A stretch of 63,948 nucleotides of DNA, counting the filler, from Lama guanicoe (taxonomy: Eukaryota), in assembly GCA_013239625.1 (NCBI GenBank). It is 80 parts of 79 records of this genome, joined end to end, with 100 filler letters (N's around TTAATTAATTAA, not from the genome) between each part and the next. Parts side by side here need not be neighbours in the genome. Positions count along the whole stretch, not along the records: positions 60,685 to 61,185 come from PNXV01023735.1; positions 61,286 to 62,092 come from PNXV01023736.1; positions 62,193 to 62,757 come from PNXV01023738.1; positions 62,858 to 63,334 come from PNXV01023741.1; positions 63,435 to 63,948 come from PNXV01023749.1; 75 more parts are not named here. One strand, 5' to 3'. Position numbers and translations under genes: made by a program. Below the pieces are notes generated by a model. That model worked only from the letters and a program-made list of their open reading frames with translations, was not told the origin of the DNA and ran no database searches. The first letter of the stretch is position 1. Every line of letters starts with the position of its first letter. Shown here one piece after another: positions 61,097-63,948 of the stretch.

Positions 61097-61185
61097 TTTT
61101 TTTCTTTCTTGGTGGAGGTAAGTAATTAAGTCTTACTTATTTTTAGAGGAGGTACAGGGGATCAAACCCAGGACCTTGTGTATGC
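61097..61185 (-). mobile_element. Camelid vic-1-like SINE, 3' half
   Basis: Minus strand GCATACACAAGGTCCTGGGTTTGATCCCCTGTACCTCC..TAATTACTTACCTCCACC, then an A-tail. Confidence 0.8.
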
Positions 61186-61390
61186 NNNNNNNNNNNNNNN
61201 NNNNNNNNNNNNNNNNNNNNNNNNNNNNNTTAATTAATTAANNNNNNNNNNNNNNNNNNNNNNNNNNNNNNNNNNNNNNNNNNNNAGAAGTCCCTCCTGG
61301 CTCAGGCCGGGCCCCTCCTGCCTGCAGCTTGGGGTGGCCCCTGACGTCCCACTGGACCCAGGACTCTGGTTTGCTTCAAGGTCACTCACC

Positions 61391-61416
61391 CTAATCACTT
61401 TCAGGATCGCAGCTTT
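61391..61416 (-). CDS. Lipocalin (OBP2-like) last coding exon: (E)SCDPESD*
   Basis: CTCTAACAG|AAAGCTGCGATCCTGAAAGTGATTAGG|GTGAGT. Splicing to 61588 is in frame and supplies the conserved C-terminal Cys. Confidence 0.8.
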
Positions 61417-61587
61417 CTGTTAGAGACCAAGACAGAGCCGGGGATTAGGAGACGCCGGGACAAGGGCCAAGGCCCCTCCCCACCCCACGCAGGCGCCAGG
61501 GAAGGGGCAGGAGGGTCATGGGCTGCGTGGAGAAAGAGGAGAGGACACAGGGAGGGGCACGGGGACACAGCAGGGCCGTCCCCTTAC

Positions 61588-61689
61588 CCATCAGTGCAGG
61601 AGTGAAGATGTCCTCCTGGGGTAATCCCTTGCACTGCGTGAACTTCTTAAAAGCATCCAGGGCTTCCTGGTTCACGTCGGGAAGGCCGG
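61588..61689 (-). pseudogene. Lipocalin (OBP2/LCN1-type odorant-binding protein) penultimate coding exon; acceptor AG missing
   Basis: Encodes LPDVNQEALDAFKKFTQCKGLPQEDIFTPALM, resembling human OBP2 (NREALEEFKKLVQRKGLSEEDIFTPLQT), and ends with a G|GTAAGG donor. Confidence 0.8.
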
Positions 61690-62294
61690 GCACCAGGTGA
61701 GCCCCAGACTTGGGGAGCAGATCCAGGGAGCAGGGGCCCCCCCCACACCAGGGTTCACCCTGGAGTGTCCGAGGGCAGGAGGGGCGCTCAGCCGGGGAGT
61801 GGAAACAGAGCAGGCCCAGAGGAGGCAGGCCCCCACCCAGCTGACACATCCCCAGGAAGGGGGGTAGCAGTGGGGACGCCCTGCGTCTGTGAGGGCTCTG
61901 GGGGGCCCCAGGCTGGCTTCCGAGGCTGACCTGTAGGGTCACATCCCTTACCCAGAGGAACGTGCTGCCCTCTGACCAGAGAATTCTTGGACTTGACCCT
62001 CACCCTGGAGGGTCCTTGTTGGGAAAAAGCCTCCATCAGCAACACGCTGACCAGCCCCGCGTCCGAGACCCCGGGAAGCGGCTCTTTGCAGCNNNNNNNN
62101 NNNNNNNNNNNNNNNNNNNNNNNNNNNNNNNNNNNNTTAATTAATTAANNNNNNNNNNNNNNNNNNNNNNNNNNNNNNNNNNNNNNNNNNNNGGGAAGAT
62201 GTGTATCTTGGGATTGAATCAGTACATAGAGAGTTAAACAGGTGGCACCAACGCTCAGTGTTTATGTCACCTCAATCAAGGTTCATGAATTTAT

Positions 62295-62400
62295 TTATCT
62301 ATAAAATGACAATAATATCTGTTTCCTAGCACTATTATGAATATTAAATAAGATAATGCATGTAAATCACTTGGCATAGAGCACATAGTAAGTGCTTAAC
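62295..62400 (+). mobile_element. MIR 3' portion
   Basis: TCTATAAAATG..ATTAAATAAGATAATGCATGTAAATCACTTGGCATAGAGCACATAGTAAGTGCTTAA. Confidence 0.75.
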
Positions 62401-63571
62401 CAAGGCCTCTGTGACTATGAAGGGAATGTCAACATCAGGAGAAAGAGGCTGGCGGTGGAAGGATAATGTCAGAATTTTCCCTCCGTGGTAAACAGTTTTC
62501 AGTGAGTGGCTATCAGGGCCTTTTTTGCCAGGAGGGACATGGCCTGGCTTTACAAATCATTTTGGCAGATCACTGAGGCATTAGAATTCAATATTGTTTG
62601 TTCAGACTGTAGATAAACAGCCTGGATTGCTGTGAACACACACATGCACACAGAACTAAACAAATTTAAAGCTTTGATTCTGTAAGTACATACTCAGAAA
62701 TTATAACAAATTGAAGCATTTTTGGCTGAAAGGCATTAGAATAGTCCTGACAATTCTNNNNNNNNNNNNNNNNNNNNNNNNNNNNNNNNNNNNNNNNNNN
62801 NTTAATTAATTAANNNNNNNNNNNNNNNNNNNNNNNNNNNNNNNNNNNNNNNNNNNNTCCTGGGAGGCGGGCGCGGTGTGCTGGGGCGGCGGCAGCGACA
62901 GCGGGAGATGGTAGCAAACCCCCGCGCTCTCACCAGGCAGCCCCAATCCCACCATCGCTGCCGCTGCCACTCCCTGACAGCACAGCGCCCACCTTCCAGG
63001 AGCAGGCTGACCTGTAACCTGAGCTCCACGAACTTGGGCAAGCAGAGGCCAAGCCTAGGACAGGCCATGGGGGAGTTTGAAGCAAATCCACAGGCTGACA
63101 TGGGCAGAACCCTAAACCCTGCCACTGCCTCTGCTGTCACCGACCACACAGCGCCCGCCTCCCGAGCGCAGGCTCACCTGGGGACGTGCCAGGGGCAGCA
63201 GAGACTGCCCCCAGGCCAAGCTGAAGGGGAGATAGACAAATCGACTAGTTTGCCAGGGGGCAGCACCCCTCTCCCCGCCAGTGTCCCAGATTCAGGGGAC
63301 ACATTTTCCCAGGTCAGTTGGCTCCTGGGAGACANNNNNNNNNNNNNNNNNNNNNNNNNNNNNNNNNNNNNNNNNNNNTTAATTAATTAANNNNNNNNNN
63401 NNNNNNNNNNNNNNNNNNNNNNNNNNNNNNNNNNTTTCTAAGTTTTAAGGAGAATGAAAAATACCTACATATGATTACAACACTAACCCAAGATTACTAC
63501 TCTACACTTTGCCCAGGGTTGCACGTTGAATTAACTGCTATTGTGGCTAAGGATCAGAGCTCCTAGTTTTC

Positions 63572-63780
63572 TCATTATTCATTCATTTACTCAGCAACCA
63601 TGTGCTAAGACACTGTGATAAACACTGGAATCACAAGATGAAGATGACACAGTCCACCTTGAAAAATCATGTACTGTAAACTATAGATGAACAGGCAATT
63701 TCGGTACAGAGACATAAATGCCATGGCAGGTATAAAAGAGGGCACAGTTGGAACACTCAGAAGGGACGTCCAGCTTTGTG
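63572..63780 (-). mobile_element. L2 3' end
   Basis: TTCATTCATTTACTCAGCAACCATGTGCTAAGACACTGTGATAAACACTGG is the antisense L2 terminus. Confidence 0.65.
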
Positions 63781-63948
63781 TCAATACTGTCTGCTCTTTG
63801 GTGGCCATGATATGTAAGCAGAAACCTGAAGGAGGAGGAGAAAGTGCAGGAGGGAGAGGCAAGAAGCAAACACACAGAGCAGAGGCAGGAAGGGTGCCTG
63901 CGGGGCTGGAAGCAGTCTGACCAGACGCTGGAGCAGAGGGGCAGAGCA

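Noticed and set aside
61445..61942. 165-aa ORF as a full protein
   Set aside because: Only 61588-61689 is lipocalin exon; the rest is GC-rich intron read-through.

Overview
This window is not a contiguous locus. It is an artificial concatenation of about 80 short (0.3-1.8 kb) unplaced assembly fragments. They are joined by a fixed 100-bp linker (44 N + TTAATTAATTAA + 44 N; stops in all six frames), so adjacency across linkers is meaningless and nearly all listed ORFs are spurious. The source is a mammal, most likely a camelid (alpaca, llama or camel), judged from tRNA-derived vic-1-type SINEs and artiodactyl-type LINE-1. Content: (1) three tandem satellite families, namely a 248-bp unit (A), a GC/CpG-rich 267-bp unit (B) and an AT-rich satellite built from 7-bp ATTCTRT-like units (C), plus strongly diverged relic versions of A and B; (2) many LINE-1 fragments, with MaLR/ERV LTR, L2, MIR and SINE remnants; (3) the last two coding exons of an OBP2/LCN1-type lipocalin with an apparently missing splice acceptor; (4) four sets of diverged, non-transposon paralogous fragments, three of them with exon-like features, suggesting a large, highly amplified and uncharacterised repeat unit or gene-like family. 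There is no prokaryotic, phage, CRISPR or complete protein-coding system here. The most promising leads are the satellite families and the amplified exon-bearing unit. Identities quoted are by-eye estimates.
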